A stretch of DNA of 57,866 nt, from contig JAAYQC010000085.1 of assembly GCA_012519515.1 (NCBI GenBank), forward strand, positions 1 to 57,866, read 5' to 3'. The notes below the pieces were generated by a model that made no database searches, had not been told where the DNA came from, and saw only the letters and a list, made by a program, of their open reading frames with translations. A program made the translations under genes and the position numbers. Origin of the DNA: Bacteroidales bacterium (lineage in GTDB: Bacteria; Bacteroidota; Bacteroidia; Bacteroidales; VadinHA17). This document shows positions 18,810-28,262 of the stretch, piece by piece (position 1 is the stretch's first letter; the number at the start of each line of letters is the position of its first letter).

Positions 18810-19928
18810 ATGCCAGGTAGTATATTTGACCGGGACCGCCTCATCATCAAAAGCCTTGATGAAAGGAAAAACCAGATCATTTTCCGCGACAAGATGGTGA
18901 CTCCTGCTTTCAGGCCGGATAATCTTCCGGATGAAACACTCCGTATCATAAAAGAGACAGCATCGAGGATCATAAAGGCCAGGAAAGATAATAAACCGGT
19001 CATCCTTGCCTTTGGCGCCCATACAATTAAAAACGGGTTGAGTACCGTGCTGACTGAACTTATCCGCCGGGGATGGGTGACTCACCTTGCCACCAACGGG
19101 GCTGGCATCATCCACGACTGGGAATTTGCCTTCCAGGGCGAATCGGGAGAAAACGTCAGGGAAAATACAGCGAAAGGACAATTCGGGATCTGGCAGGAAA
19201 CAGGTCTGTTCTTAAACCTGGCCATCACTGTTGGTGCTTTTGAAAACCTGGGCTACGGTGAATCGGTCGGCAAAATGATATCAAGGGAGGGGCTTGATAT
19301 TCCGGATATGCAGTTTCTTGCCGACCAGGCAGTGAAAAACATTAAAGCCGATCCCGGATATGCAGCATCAGCTGCCGACCTGCTCGGAACAATAAAGAAG
19401 CGAAGGATCAAACCCGGTTTCATGAGCATCCCCCACCCCTTTAAGGAATATTCCGTTCAATGTGCCGCGTATGAACTCGGAGTGCCTTTTACAGGTCATC
19501 CTATGATAGGGCACGACATAATCTACACTCACCCCGCGAACAACGGTGCGGCAATAGGAAGAACCGCCTTACGCGATTTCCTGTGCTATGCCGGAAGCGT
19601 AGCCGGAATTGACGGCGGGGTTTATCTTTCTATCGGTTCGGCTGTTATGTCGCCGATGATCTTTGAAAAATCACTCTCGATGGCTCAGAATGTTCATATC
19701 CAAAACGGGAAACATATTGACGGCCATATGATTGTTGTAGTTGATCTCGCCAGGAATGAATGGGACTGGAACAGGCTTGGAGAACCTCCCGCGGATAATC
19801 CGGCATATTACCTGCGGTATTGCAAGACATTCAGCAGGATGGGCGGCGAAATGCACTACCTGCAGGCTGATAACAGGGATTTTCTATGTGAGTTATTCCA
19901 CGTGCTGTCCGAAACCGGCCCCGACTGA
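18810..19928 (+). CDS. Conserved hypothetical protein, possibly with a deoxyhypusine-synthase-like NAD-binding fold (tentative)
   Basis: The ATG immediately follows the upstream TAG. The block PVILAFGAHTIKNGL...THLATNGAGIIHDWE recalls the DHS-like fold, but this rests on my recollection only. Confidence 0.55.
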   Translation: MPGSIFDRDRLIIKSLDERKNQIIFRDKMVTPAFRPDNLPDETLRIIKETASRIIKARKDNKPVILAFGAHTIKNGLSTVLTELIRRGWVTHLATNGAGIIHDWEFAFQGESGENVRENTAKGQFGIWQETGLFLNLAITVGAFENLGYGESVGKMISREGLDIPDMQFLADQAVKNIKADPGYAASAADLLGTIKKRRIKPGFMSIPHPFKEYSVQCAAYELGVPFTGHPMIGHDIIYTHPANNGAAIGRTALRDFLCYAGSVAGIDGGVYLSIGSAVMSPMIFEKSLSMAQNVHIQNGKHIDGHMIVVVDLARNEWDWNRLGEPPADNPAYYLRYCKTFSRMGGEMHYLQADNRDFLCELFHVLSETGPD

Positions 19929-20819
19929 TTCGGCGGTCTGTTCCTCCGGTGCTTCCGGTCTGACCTTCTGAAAGCTTTCCATCATCGCTGTCACGCTTGC
20001 ATATCTCCATGCCTTGAGAAACAGCCGCAGGATAACCAGCAGCTGCGATACCACCAGCATAAGAAAAACTGCTCCGCCTGTAGCCGGTCGCCATGCCGGC
20101 ATAATCATAACCACGGCATACAACAGCAGTATCTGAACCAGGATCAGCAAAACCATCAGGAGATATGACCTGCCGAATTTGCCAAAGGTAGTGCTGAGTC
20201 CGTATCCAATGGCTTCAAATGCCGAAACATTATCGCTGCCTGCCTTCCATGCCCTTGAATAATCGGCTACCAGCAGGAAAACAGGTGTCAGAAACGCCAG
20301 CAATAAAGCGCCGGCTAACCGAATGGCGCCTGAGTATTCTCCATTCCCTGATACGCTTGCTCCCAGGGGAACTAACAACAGCAATATCAAAAAAAAGCTA
20401 TAGGCAATTGTCAATACAAATAAGATCAGCAGATACGGCAGGAAATTGCCGGCGGCAACCCTGAAAAACTCTCTTGCCGAAAATCCACCCGTGTCCTTCC
20501 TCATAATGCCGAAAAGACCGGCTGATACAAAAGCATTCAGCATAAAGGCAACAAGGAATGTAAAAATTAAACCACCGGTATAAGATGATAAGATACCCAT
20601 ACCTGTAGTGCCCAGGTCAGCAAATACTTCTATATCCAGTCCTTCCGCAAGCCTTTCGGTTATCATGCTGCCGCCGAAAGCACTGTTCAGGGCTGACCTG
20701 AGCGGATAGACAAGCGATAAGGTCAGAAGAAAAAACAAAAACCATGTAATAAGAACGCCGGTTCGTGCCCTGCACACCAATTCAAAACCTTTCCTGAGGG
20801 AACTGAAAATCTTCATCAC
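19893..20819 (-). CDS. Polytopic membrane protein, unknown function
   Basis: 308 aa with at least 6 long hydrophobic segments. It lies 8 nt downstream of the M1 peptidase gene and overlaps the + strand gene convergently by 36 nt. Confidence 0.6.
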   Translation of the reverse strand: MMKIFSSLRKGFELVCRARTGVLITWFLFFLLTLSLVYPLRSALNSAFGGSMITERLAEGLDIEVFADLGTTGMGILSSYTGGLIFTFLVAFMLNAFVSAGLFGIMRKDTGGFSAREFFRVAAGNFLPYLLILFVLTIAYSFFLILLLLVPLGASVSGNGEYSGAIRLAGALLLAFLTPVFLLVADYSRAWKAGSDNVSAFEAIGYGLSTTFGKFGRSYLLMVLLILVQILLLYAVVMIMPAWRPATGGAVFLMLVVSQLLVILRLFLKAWRYASVTAMMESFQKVRPEAPEEQTAESVGAGFGQHVE

Positions 20820-20827
20820 GAAAATCT

Positions 20828-22786
20828 TTAAAACAGTAAGAGACTAAATGTAAACTGAATGAAGGAAAGCAGTTTGTTTGCCAGACGGCGGACCGCGAGA
20901 CGCGAGGGTTTCTCTGTCAGTGAATTGTTTACAAAATTCACATCCATGGCAATCTTGTGTCCGGGATCAATCTTAACCCATTCGATCTGGCGGTGACCTG
21001 TATATACAAACTCCCTGTACCTGTCCTTTCCATCCCATACTTCAAGTATCTCGTCGCCGTTGGTGAAATGAATCAGCACTTCCACGGGAAGCATTACTTC
21101 ACCCAGCCTATCGACCATTGCAATAGCCGTATAAAGGGAATCGGAATTTTGTGATTCTTCATCATCATCTTCAGCGATGCCTTCATAGCTGTAATGCTTC
21201 CTGTTGACTATCCGCGTCACCCTGTAATCACAAATACCTGTACCGAAGAAGGCCTGATCAAAGAACCAGTTCATGTCAGAACCGAATTTCTCTCCATGTT
21301 CATTTCTCACAACCTCACTGACCACATCAATGAAATCACTCGCGCTCGGATGCCTGAAAGCCCACTCGCGGTAATATTCCCTGAAAACATTATCCATGGT
21401 TTCCTGCCCGATAATACCCTCGAGAGTATGAAGCGATGTGGCTGCCTTAAAATATGTCATCATACCGTAGGTGTCATTGGGATAATTCCAGGCATATTCC
21501 CTGTTTGTTATGATTTGCCTTACCGGCGACAGCACATATGACAGTCGGGCCACCGCCTTATCGGAAATACCTAAAAAACGGTGGTCAATCATTCCTGACC
21601 CGTTGCCGTAATAATGGTCCATTATCCTGCCTTCCCAGTAGCTGTTCACACCCTCATCGAGCCACGGCTCCTCAAACTCATTGCTTGCCAGGATACCCAT
21701 GAAATATGCATGACCGAACTCGTGAACGGTAACCATTTCCGGTACATTGACGTATTCAGGCATCCTGTCTGAGGATCCTGATGTGAAAAGGGTTGTGTAT
21801 TCCATACCGCCAGCTCCGGCTCCCTTCATCGGAGGATCGACAAAAGTCAGGTAATCCCAGGGATAGGGACCCACATGGCTGTCAAGATATTCCAGGGCGT
21901 TTTTCACGGCGGTAAACTGCCTTTCAACCTGGTTTATCCGTGTTTCCGGAAGGAGAAGCGTGATGTCGACATGATTCCATTTGTCCTTAAAAACCATGTA
22001 ACCGGGCCAGGCTGTCCATGCAAAATCGACAATGTCCTCCGCACGGAAAACCTGTGTCTTCATACCGTCATCGATCTTTTCCGAGATCAGCTTACCGCCC
22101 GAACCTGTCACGTATTCTGCAGGCAGGCTTATTTTTACATCATAAACGCTGTGATTGGAATAAAATTCCGAATTTGCATGAAACTGGTGGCAGTTCCATG
22201 ATCCCCTACCCTTTTCTCCATCGCGTGAAGGCTCATAGACACCGAACTTTGGGAACCACTGAGCGACAAAGTAGAAATCATCAGCAAAGCCTGTCCTCCT
22301 GATGGCGGACGGGAGCTTGGTCACAAAGTCAATGGCCACTGCCACGGTGTCGCCCGGCATGGCGGCTTCGGGAAGTTTAATCCTGATTACAGTCTTGTCA
22401 TAGCGGTTTCCGTCATCCGGGCTGATGTACTCCATCAAAGGAAGAAGATCTTTTTCGCCATTTCCGGTAAACGATTTTATCTCAATCCATCCCGGATCGG
22501 ATTCCTTCCTGCCGGGAGATCCCCCTGACTCCTTGTAAAATGTTGTTCTGTTGCTTCGGAACGCATTCATATACAAATGCATTCTGATCTCCGGAACGGT
22601 GTCGGCAGTATTATTGACCCAGTATGCATCCATCTTCCCGGAAACAGTTTTGGCTTCCGTATCCAGTGATACATCGAAACTGTATCCGGTTATCCTGTCG
22701 CTGAGAGCTTTATTTTCCCGCGGCAACAGTGCCTGGCAAGGGAGCAGAAGCGACAAACTTACAATAAAGCAAAGTTTTAAATTCAT
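20828..22786 (-). CDS. M1-family zinc metallopeptidase, secreted
   Basis: HEFGH followed 18 residues later by E (WLDEG), which is the HEXXH-X18-E gluzincin signature. An N-terminal signal peptide is present. Confidence 0.85.
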   Translation of the reverse strand: MNLKLCFIVSLSLLLPCQALLPRENKALSDRITGYSFDVSLDTEAKTVSGKMDAYWVNNTADTVPEIRMHLYMNAFRSNRTTFYKESGGSPGRKESDPGWIEIKSFTGNGEKDLLPLMEYISPDDGNRYDKTVIRIKLPEAAMPGDTVAVAIDFVTKLPSAIRRTGFADDFYFVAQWFPKFGVYEPSRDGEKGRGSWNCHQFHANSEFYSNHSVYDVKISLPAEYVTGSGGKLISEKIDDGMKTQVFRAEDIVDFAWTAWPGYMVFKDKWNHVDITLLLPETRINQVERQFTAVKNALEYLDSHVGPYPWDYLTFVDPPMKGAGAGGMEYTTLFTSGSSDRMPEYVNVPEMVTVHEFGHAYFMGILASNEFEEPWLDEGVNSYWEGRIMDHYYGNGSGMIDHRFLGISDKAVARLSYVLSPVRQIITNREYAWNYPNDTYGMMTYFKAATSLHTLEGIIGQETMDNVFREYYREWAFRHPSASDFIDVVSEVVRNEHGEKFGSDMNWFFDQAFFGTGICDYRVTRIVNRKHYSYEGIAEDDDEESQNSDSLYTAIAMVDRLGEVMLPVEVLIHFTNGDEILEVWDGKDRYREFVYTGHRQIEWVKIDPGHKIAMDVNFVNNSLTEKPSRLAVRRLANKLLSFIQFTFSLLLF

Positions 22787-22897
22787 ATCAGTAATTCTTC
22801 CATTCAGGAATAGATAAAGAATATCCCCCCGTATCCCGGAGGGATATATATTAGGAGGCTGGGTTGATTCAGAGGGGTAGAAACACGAGTACTGTTC

Positions 22898-23290
22898 TTA
22901 TTTCGAAACCTCCTGTTTTGTCAGGGTAACCGGTATCTCTCCTTCAAAATAGACAGCCTTACCTGTCATTTTCTTGTCACCATCCAACTTAAGATGAATA
23001 ACAACTTCCATTCCTTCAACATAAGCCGTGAATGTAAACGTGTCTTTTTCAAGCTTTGCCGATTCGCCTGTCAGGTTGTAGCCAATGTTTGGGAAAGAGA
23101 TTGATGTGGAAAACTTTTCATTGGCAAACTTTACATCGATAGTACCTGATGTAAAACCTTCAGGTGCATAGGGAGCTTCAAATTTCCACAAGCCCGTGTA
23201 TGCCTGGTTCTTTGAAGCTGTCTGAGCTGTCAGGGTGAAAACCGCGCAAAAAGTAAGAAGAAACAGTGTAAAAATTCCTTTTTTCATCAT
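22898..23290 (-). CDS. Small secreted hypothetical protein
   Basis: Signal peptide MMKKGIFTLFLLTFCAVFTLTAQ and a beta-rich 130-aa body. No family was recognised. Confidence 0.55.
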   Translation of the reverse strand: MMKKGIFTLFLLTFCAVFTLTAQTASKNQAYTGLWKFEAPYAPEGFTSGTIDVKFANEKFSTSISFPNIGYNLTGESAKLEKDTFTFTAYVEGMEVVIHLKLDGDKKMTGKAVYFEGEIPVTLTKQEVSK

Positions 23291-23417
23291 AATATAGTTT
23301 TGAGTTTAGTTTTTAATGGTTTGATTGCTATCCCGTTCATGAAGGGATGGGTTTCGTCCTTGAGTTTTTTTAGTTGAGCCAAATATAACTAAATCTATTG
23401 GAAATTTGCCAGCTGTG

Positions 23418-24920
23418 TCAGGCAATATCAACTCCTGATGGCCCGGGGAAGTACATGTTAACGGCAAATTCTTCAGGAAAATCCTGAGCATCCGACAGTT
23501 CAACGTACCTTGAATTTTCAAGAATCCTGAGCATGCGCTTTTCATGCTCATCCGACCGGAGGTTCTGCACGGCGCCGATTCCCGCGCTGTTCCCGACCGG
23601 AAAGATCCTGTTTTTCAGTTCCGAAGGCAGAAGACCCAGGGCTATGGCCGAATCAATGTTAATGTAATTTCCTATACCGCCGGCAAGGAAAAGAGCTTCT
23701 ATATCTTCAAACCCTATCCCGGCATACTTCATAAGAATTCGTATACCTGAAAAGATTGCCGATTTTGCCAGCTGGATCTCCCTTATATCCTGCCGGGTTA
23801 TCATTATATTATTTCCGGGATAAACAACAAAGGAATCTTTCAGGAATCCGCTTTCGTCCACAATACCTTTCCTGAGAAGATATGCCACGATATCTACTAT
23901 CCCTGATCCGCAGATTCCCTCCGGCTCAGTATTCCCTATCACCGTGATTCTTCCGTCGTCGGAATAAGCTGATACAGCACCCCTTACCGCCGCCATGCCG
24001 CAGGACAGACTTGCACCCTCAAAAGCAGGTCCGGCAGCCGCGGAACAGGCATAAACAGTATCGCCGGCCACAAGCGCTATCTCACCGTTTGTACCTATAT
24101 CCACGAACAGGTAGTTTTGATAAAGCGGTTTCAGCACTGCCAGGCCGGCAATGATATCTGCACCGACATACGCCGACAAACATGGAAGCGTGATAAGCTG
24201 ACCATCAGGGTTGATATTCAATCCGGAGTAGACGCCCCTCCTGACCTGCCTTTCAGTGAACACCGGCGTGAACGGGGCCAGGGCAATAGACACGGGATCC
24301 TCGCCCAGAAGCAGGTGAAGCATGGTGGTGTTGCCAGCCACGACAATCTTTTCAATATCGCGGGTATCCAGATCGCGTTCAGTAAGAAAGGTTTCCACCT
24401 CAGAGTTCATGGAAGCACATATAACAGTCTGAAGATCCCTGAGCCCGGTATCATTCTCCTGACACCAGGTGATCCGGCTTATTATGTCGGCCCCAAATCT
24501 CATTTGCGGATTCAGAAAGGTCGATATTTTCTCGATTGCGCCATCAATAAGGTTCAGGAAGTAAAGAGCCACGGTGGTTGTACCCAGATCAACCGCCACT
24601 CCGTATGGAGAAGGGCTGTGAAAGGAAGACGGCTCCGGCCTGAACTGAAAATCCTCAAGGAATTCCGTCTGCCTTGCAAGAATTTGGGCTTCATCATCGC
24701 CAGGTAAAATAACTTCAATATCGCTTACCGGGTAATATCTGCATGAAAGCACTTTCCCGGTACCCGATACCCATACCGTGCATTTTCCGCAAAGACCCCG
24801 ACCGCCACACGGCGAATAAACATTGTATCCGTTTTTTCCGAGAATGGTCAGAAGCGGGATCCCTTCCTCCGAATCCATCTCCCTGACTCCGTCACTGCCT
24901 ATACATCTTATCCTTATCAT
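23418..24920 (-). CDS. 2Fe-2S ferredoxin domain fused to an ASKHA (DUF4445/RACo-like) ATPase domain
   Basis: N-terminal CGGRGLCGKC...C plant-type ferredoxin pattern. It is followed by ASKHA motifs (AVDLGTTTV, FVDIGTNGE, GICGSG). Confidence 0.8.
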   Translation of the reverse strand: MIRIRCIGSDGVREMDSEEGIPLLTILGKNGYNVYSPCGGRGLCGKCTVWVSGTGKVLSCRYYPVSDIEVILPGDDEAQILARQTEFLEDFQFRPEPSSFHSPSPYGVAVDLGTTTVALYFLNLIDGAIEKISTFLNPQMRFGADIISRITWCQENDTGLRDLQTVICASMNSEVETFLTERDLDTRDIEKIVVAGNTTMLHLLLGEDPVSIALAPFTPVFTERQVRRGVYSGLNINPDGQLITLPCLSAYVGADIIAGLAVLKPLYQNYLFVDIGTNGEIALVAGDTVYACSAAAGPAFEGASLSCGMAAVRGAVSAYSDDGRITVIGNTEPEGICGSGIVDIVAYLLRKGIVDESGFLKDSFVVYPGNNIMITRQDIREIQLAKSAIFSGIRILMKYAGIGFEDIEALFLAGGIGNYINIDSAIALGLLPSELKNRIFPVGNSAGIGAVQNLRSDEHEKRMLRILENSRYVELSDAQDFPEEFAVNMYFPGPSGVDIA

Positions 24921-25062
24921 TTCATTCCGGAATCAATATGGCATATCGTATTCAACCCTTTCATTTCCGGATAAAATTATGATTTTCGCATATAATTGCC
25001 AATAATCGGATTGTCAATAACCATGTTGCCGTTCATTTTATACGCGATGATGCAAAAAGGAT

Positions 25063-25070
25063 TAAATTTG
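25063..25070 (+). promoter_or_regulatory. Candidate -7 box (TAAATTTG)
   Basis: TAnnTTTG match 24 nt upstream of ATG 25094. Confidence 0.3.
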
Positions 25071-25093
25071 CCGATGATCGTGAAATACATAAG

Positions 25094-25594
25094 ATGGGTA
25101 TGAAGAAAATGATTTTCGTCCGACACGGTAAGGCCGAAGAATATACTGGATCCGGCGATTACGAAAGATCCTTAACCACGAAAGGCAAAACGGTTTCGGG
25201 AAAGATGGCCCGTATGCTGAAACAGAAAATAAAGGATCCTTACGTACTGGTTACAAGCCCGGCCTTCAGGGCTTATGAAACAGCTGTGATCTTCGCGAGG
25301 ATACTGGGATACGATACAGAAAAGATAATCCTCAGGGAAAGCCTTTATTCACCCGCGAACCTGAAGTCATTTGCCGTGATAACCGAAGAACTTGATGAAA
25401 AATACAATGCTGTGATATTGTTCGGACACAATCCCTCGTTTACTGAAATACCCGACATCCTTTCCATATCCGGTTGCGATATAGTCCCGAAAAGCGGAAT
25501 AGTAAGCCTGTCATTCAAAGCAGAAACCTGGAAAGAAGTATTTGGGGAGAAGGGATCTGTTGAGTTTTTTCTTAAACCAAATGAAATACTATGA
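25094..25594 (+). CDS. Histidine phosphatase superfamily protein, SixA-like
   Basis: The N-terminal catalytic motif IFVRHGKAE and a later GHNP are present. The size matches SixA-type phosphohistidine phosphatases. Confidence 0.7.
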   Translation: MGMKKMIFVRHGKAEEYTGSGDYERSLTTKGKTVSGKMARMLKQKIKDPYVLVTSPAFRAYETAVIFARILGYDTEKIILRESLYSPANLKSFAVITEELDEKYNAVILFGHNPSFTEIPDILSISGCDIVPKSGIVSLSFKAETWKEVFGEKGSVEFFLKPNEIL

Positions 25595-27654
25595 ACAAGA
25601 CTTACATCCCTAAGGAAATAAGCTGGCTCTCATTCAATGAAAGAGTGTTGCAGGAAGCCGAAAACAAAGATGTTCCGCTTATCGAGAGGTTCCGCTTTCT
25701 TGGAATCTACTCAAATAACCTTGACGAGTATTTCAGGGTAAGGGTGGCAACCCTGAGAAGACTGAGCCAGCTGGGTTCCAAATCACAAAATGTTCTTGGC
25801 TACAGCCCCAAGGCAACCCTCAAGAAAGTCAATGAGATAGTCCTTGAGCAGAATGCCAGGTTCGAGAAAGCCTATACCGGACTGATCCAGGAACTTTTAA
25901 AGCACAATATTCATATTGTCAACGAAAAGGAACTGAATCCCGAACAGTCGGAATTCGTAAGGAATTATTTTCTCAAGGAAGTGCGCAACAGACTGATGCC
26001 TTTTCTTTTCGATAAGGACAGTGATTTTCACAATCTTACCGACGATGCAATTTACCTGGCCATATCCCTTTCCAGGAAAAACGATGAAAAGCAGAAATAC
26101 GCCCTTCTTGAAGTACCGACGGATGTCCTTCCAAGATTTGTTGTGCTTCCTGAAACAGATGAAAACAAGTATCTGATGTTCCTTGAAGATATTATCCGAT
26201 TCGGACTTAAGGACATTTTCTTCATTTTCGACTTCGATGAGATCAGGGCATACACGATCAAGCTGACACGTGACGCGGAACTTGAGCTTACAGATGATAT
26301 CGCCGAAAGCTACATTGAGAAGATTTCCCGCAGCATCCAGCAAAGAAAGCACGGAAACCCCGTCAGGTTCATTTACGACAGGGAAATGCCGAAAGACATG
26401 CTGAAAATGCTTACCCGGCTGCTGAATTTCGGGGCTGATGATACCCTTATACCCGGCGACCGCTACCATAACTTCAAGGACTTCATGAAGTTTCCCCAGT
26501 TCGGTAAGAAAAAGTTCTATTATGAACCCTTCAGGCATATCCCCCATAAGGACATCCCCTCGGGAAAAAGCATCCTTTCCGCGATAAACAAAAAGGATAT
26601 AATGCTCTTCTTCCCTTACCATCCTTTTGAACACTTCATCGATCTGCTGAGAGAAGCATCCATTGATCCTTATGTCATCTCCATACAGATTACCCTCTAC
26701 AGGCTTGCAAGAAACTCGAGCGTGATCAATGCCCTGCTGAATGCCGTAAGAAACGGAAAAAAAGTTACAACCATAGTAGAGCTGCAGGCCCGTTTCGACG
26801 AGGAAGCAAATATTCTATGGGGTAACAAGCTTATGGATGAAGGAGTTAAAGTGATTTATGGTGTTCCCGGACTCAAGGTGCATGCAAAACTATGTCTTAT
26901 AACCCGTTCAAAGAACAACATACTCCACAGGTATGCAGCTGTCGGAACAGGTAATTTCAATGAGGATACTGCAAGGATCTACACGGACCACCTGCTCCTG
27001 ACTGCCGACAAGAAAATCACAAACGATGTGTTCAAGGCATTCAATTTCTTCAATGTAAACTACCGGAAAGACAGATACTACCATTTAATCCTCTCCCCCT
27101 TCTACCTGCGTAACCGTATAACTCAGCTTATAGAAAATGAAATTAAAAATGCCGCGGCGGGGAAGAAGTCATTTATTTACATTAAGCTTAACAACCTGAC
27201 CGACCCGGAGATTATAAACCTGCTGTATGAGGCAAGCCGTGCAGGAGTGACCGTGAGACTGATTGTCAGAGGTATGTTTTCGGTTGTGACAGGAACAAAG
27301 AATCTCAGTGAGAATATCAAGGCCATTGGAATTGTCGACCGTTTTCTTGAACACAGCCGTTTCATGATATTCTGTAACGACGGGAATGAGGAATGCTTTA
27401 TCTCGTCGGCCGATCTGATGACAAGGAACATTGAGCACAGGATAGAGGTCACATGTCCGGTTTACGACAAGACATTGAAAAACGAACTTAAAGAGATCTT
27501 TGAGATCCAGTGGTCAGATAACGTTAAGGCCAGAAAGCTTGATCCTGCCCTGGCTAACAAGTTCGTCAAGCCCGGGAAAAAGCCTCTCCTCCGCTCCCAG
27601 GTGGAGGTTTATTCGTATGTCATGAGAACAAGCGGCAAATGTCCCGATAAATAA
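25591..27654 (+). CDS. ppk: Polyphosphate kinase 1
   Basis: 687 aa. The N-terminus is YINRELSWLxFNxRVL-like (YIPKEISWLSFNERVLQEA). The KVHAKLCLI block contains the autophosphorylated His region. The two-lobed PLD-like C-terminal half is present. Confidence 0.95.
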   Translation: MNKTYIPKEISWLSFNERVLQEAENKDVPLIERFRFLGIYSNNLDEYFRVRVATLRRLSQLGSKSQNVLGYSPKATLKKVNEIVLEQNARFEKAYTGLIQELLKHNIHIVNEKELNPEQSEFVRNYFLKEVRNRLMPFLFDKDSDFHNLTDDAIYLAISLSRKNDEKQKYALLEVPTDVLPRFVVLPETDENKYLMFLEDIIRFGLKDIFFIFDFDEIRAYTIKLTRDAELELTDDIAESYIEKISRSIQQRKHGNPVRFIYDREMPKDMLKMLTRLLNFGADDTLIPGDRYHNFKDFMKFPQFGKKKFYYEPFRHIPHKDIPSGKSILSAINKKDIMLFFPYHPFEHFIDLLREASIDPYVISIQITLYRLARNSSVINALLNAVRNGKKVTTIVELQARFDEEANILWGNKLMDEGVKVIYGVPGLKVHAKLCLITRSKNNILHRYAAVGTGNFNEDTARIYTDHLLLTADKKITNDVFKAFNFFNVNYRKDRYYHLILSPFYLRNRITQLIENEIKNAAAGKKSFIYIKLNNLTDPEIINLLYEASRAGVTVRLIVRGMFSVVTGTKNLSENIKAIGIVDRFLEHSRFMIFCNDGNEECFISSADLMTRNIEHRIEVTCPVYDKTLKNELKEIFEIQWSDNVKARKLDPALANKFVKPGKKPLLRSQVEVYSYVMRTSGKCPDK

Positions 27655-27662
27655 AACTGGCA

Positions 27663-28187
27663 ATGAACATCCCGGCCCTTATAACCGGCAGTATCGTCAT
27701 CATTGTCTTTTCGTGGTTCTATTCGGTAAAAGGTAAAAGATACCACGGGATACCGCGTTTATTTGCTTTTGAAAGTATTCTGATACTTGTTCTCCTGAAT
27801 ATTACTCACTGGTTTTCAACCCCTTTTTCGTGGAACCAGATCATTTCCCTGATCCTGCTGGCACTTTCTGCATGGGTTGGTATTGCCGGTTATGTAACCC
27901 TTTACAGGAAAGGAAAGGCCGAAGGAGATTTTGAAAACACTACAGTGCTGGTCAGGTCAGGTGTATATGGAATTATAAGACACCCCTTGTATTTATCACT
28001 TCTTCTAATTGGAACAAGTATCATGATGATAAAGCTCACCCTGCCGTCCATAATTGCAGGTCTGGCCAACCTCATTGCTCTCGGGGTTACGGCATATATT
28101 GAAGAAAAAGAAATGGTGGAGAAATTCGGTCAGCAGTACCGCGACTATATGAAGGAGACGAAAATGTTCATCCCTTTCATCCTGTGA
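27663..28187 (+). CDS. Membrane methyltransferase, isoprenylcysteine carboxyl methyltransferase (ICMT)-like family
   Basis: Four to five TM segments, and the GIIRHPLYLS motif typical of the ICMT/PEMT-like family. Confidence 0.65.
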   Translation: MNIPALITGSIVIIVFSWFYSVKGKRYHGIPRLFAFESILILVLLNITHWFSTPFSWNQIISLILLALSAWVGIAGYVTLYRKGKAEGDFENTTVLVRSGVYGIIRHPLYLSLLLIGTSIMMIKLTLPSIIAGLANLIALGVTAYIEEKEMVEKFGQQYRDYMKETKMFIPFIL

Positions 28188-28262
28188 AAACAGTAGTAAG
28201 AAGTACTCTTTCTGAGCGAAACACTCCCCTGCCGGAACAGTTCAGAATTATCAGGTCAGGCT

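Noticed and set aside
23306-23551. 81-aa minus-strand ORF overlapping the 3' end of the ASKHA gene
   Set aside because: It is an out-of-frame overlap with a supported gene, and no signal or motif is present.
25897-26634. 245-aa minus-strand ORF inside ppk1
   Set aside because: It is antisense to an unambiguous ppk1 frame and is an AT-rich shadow ORF.
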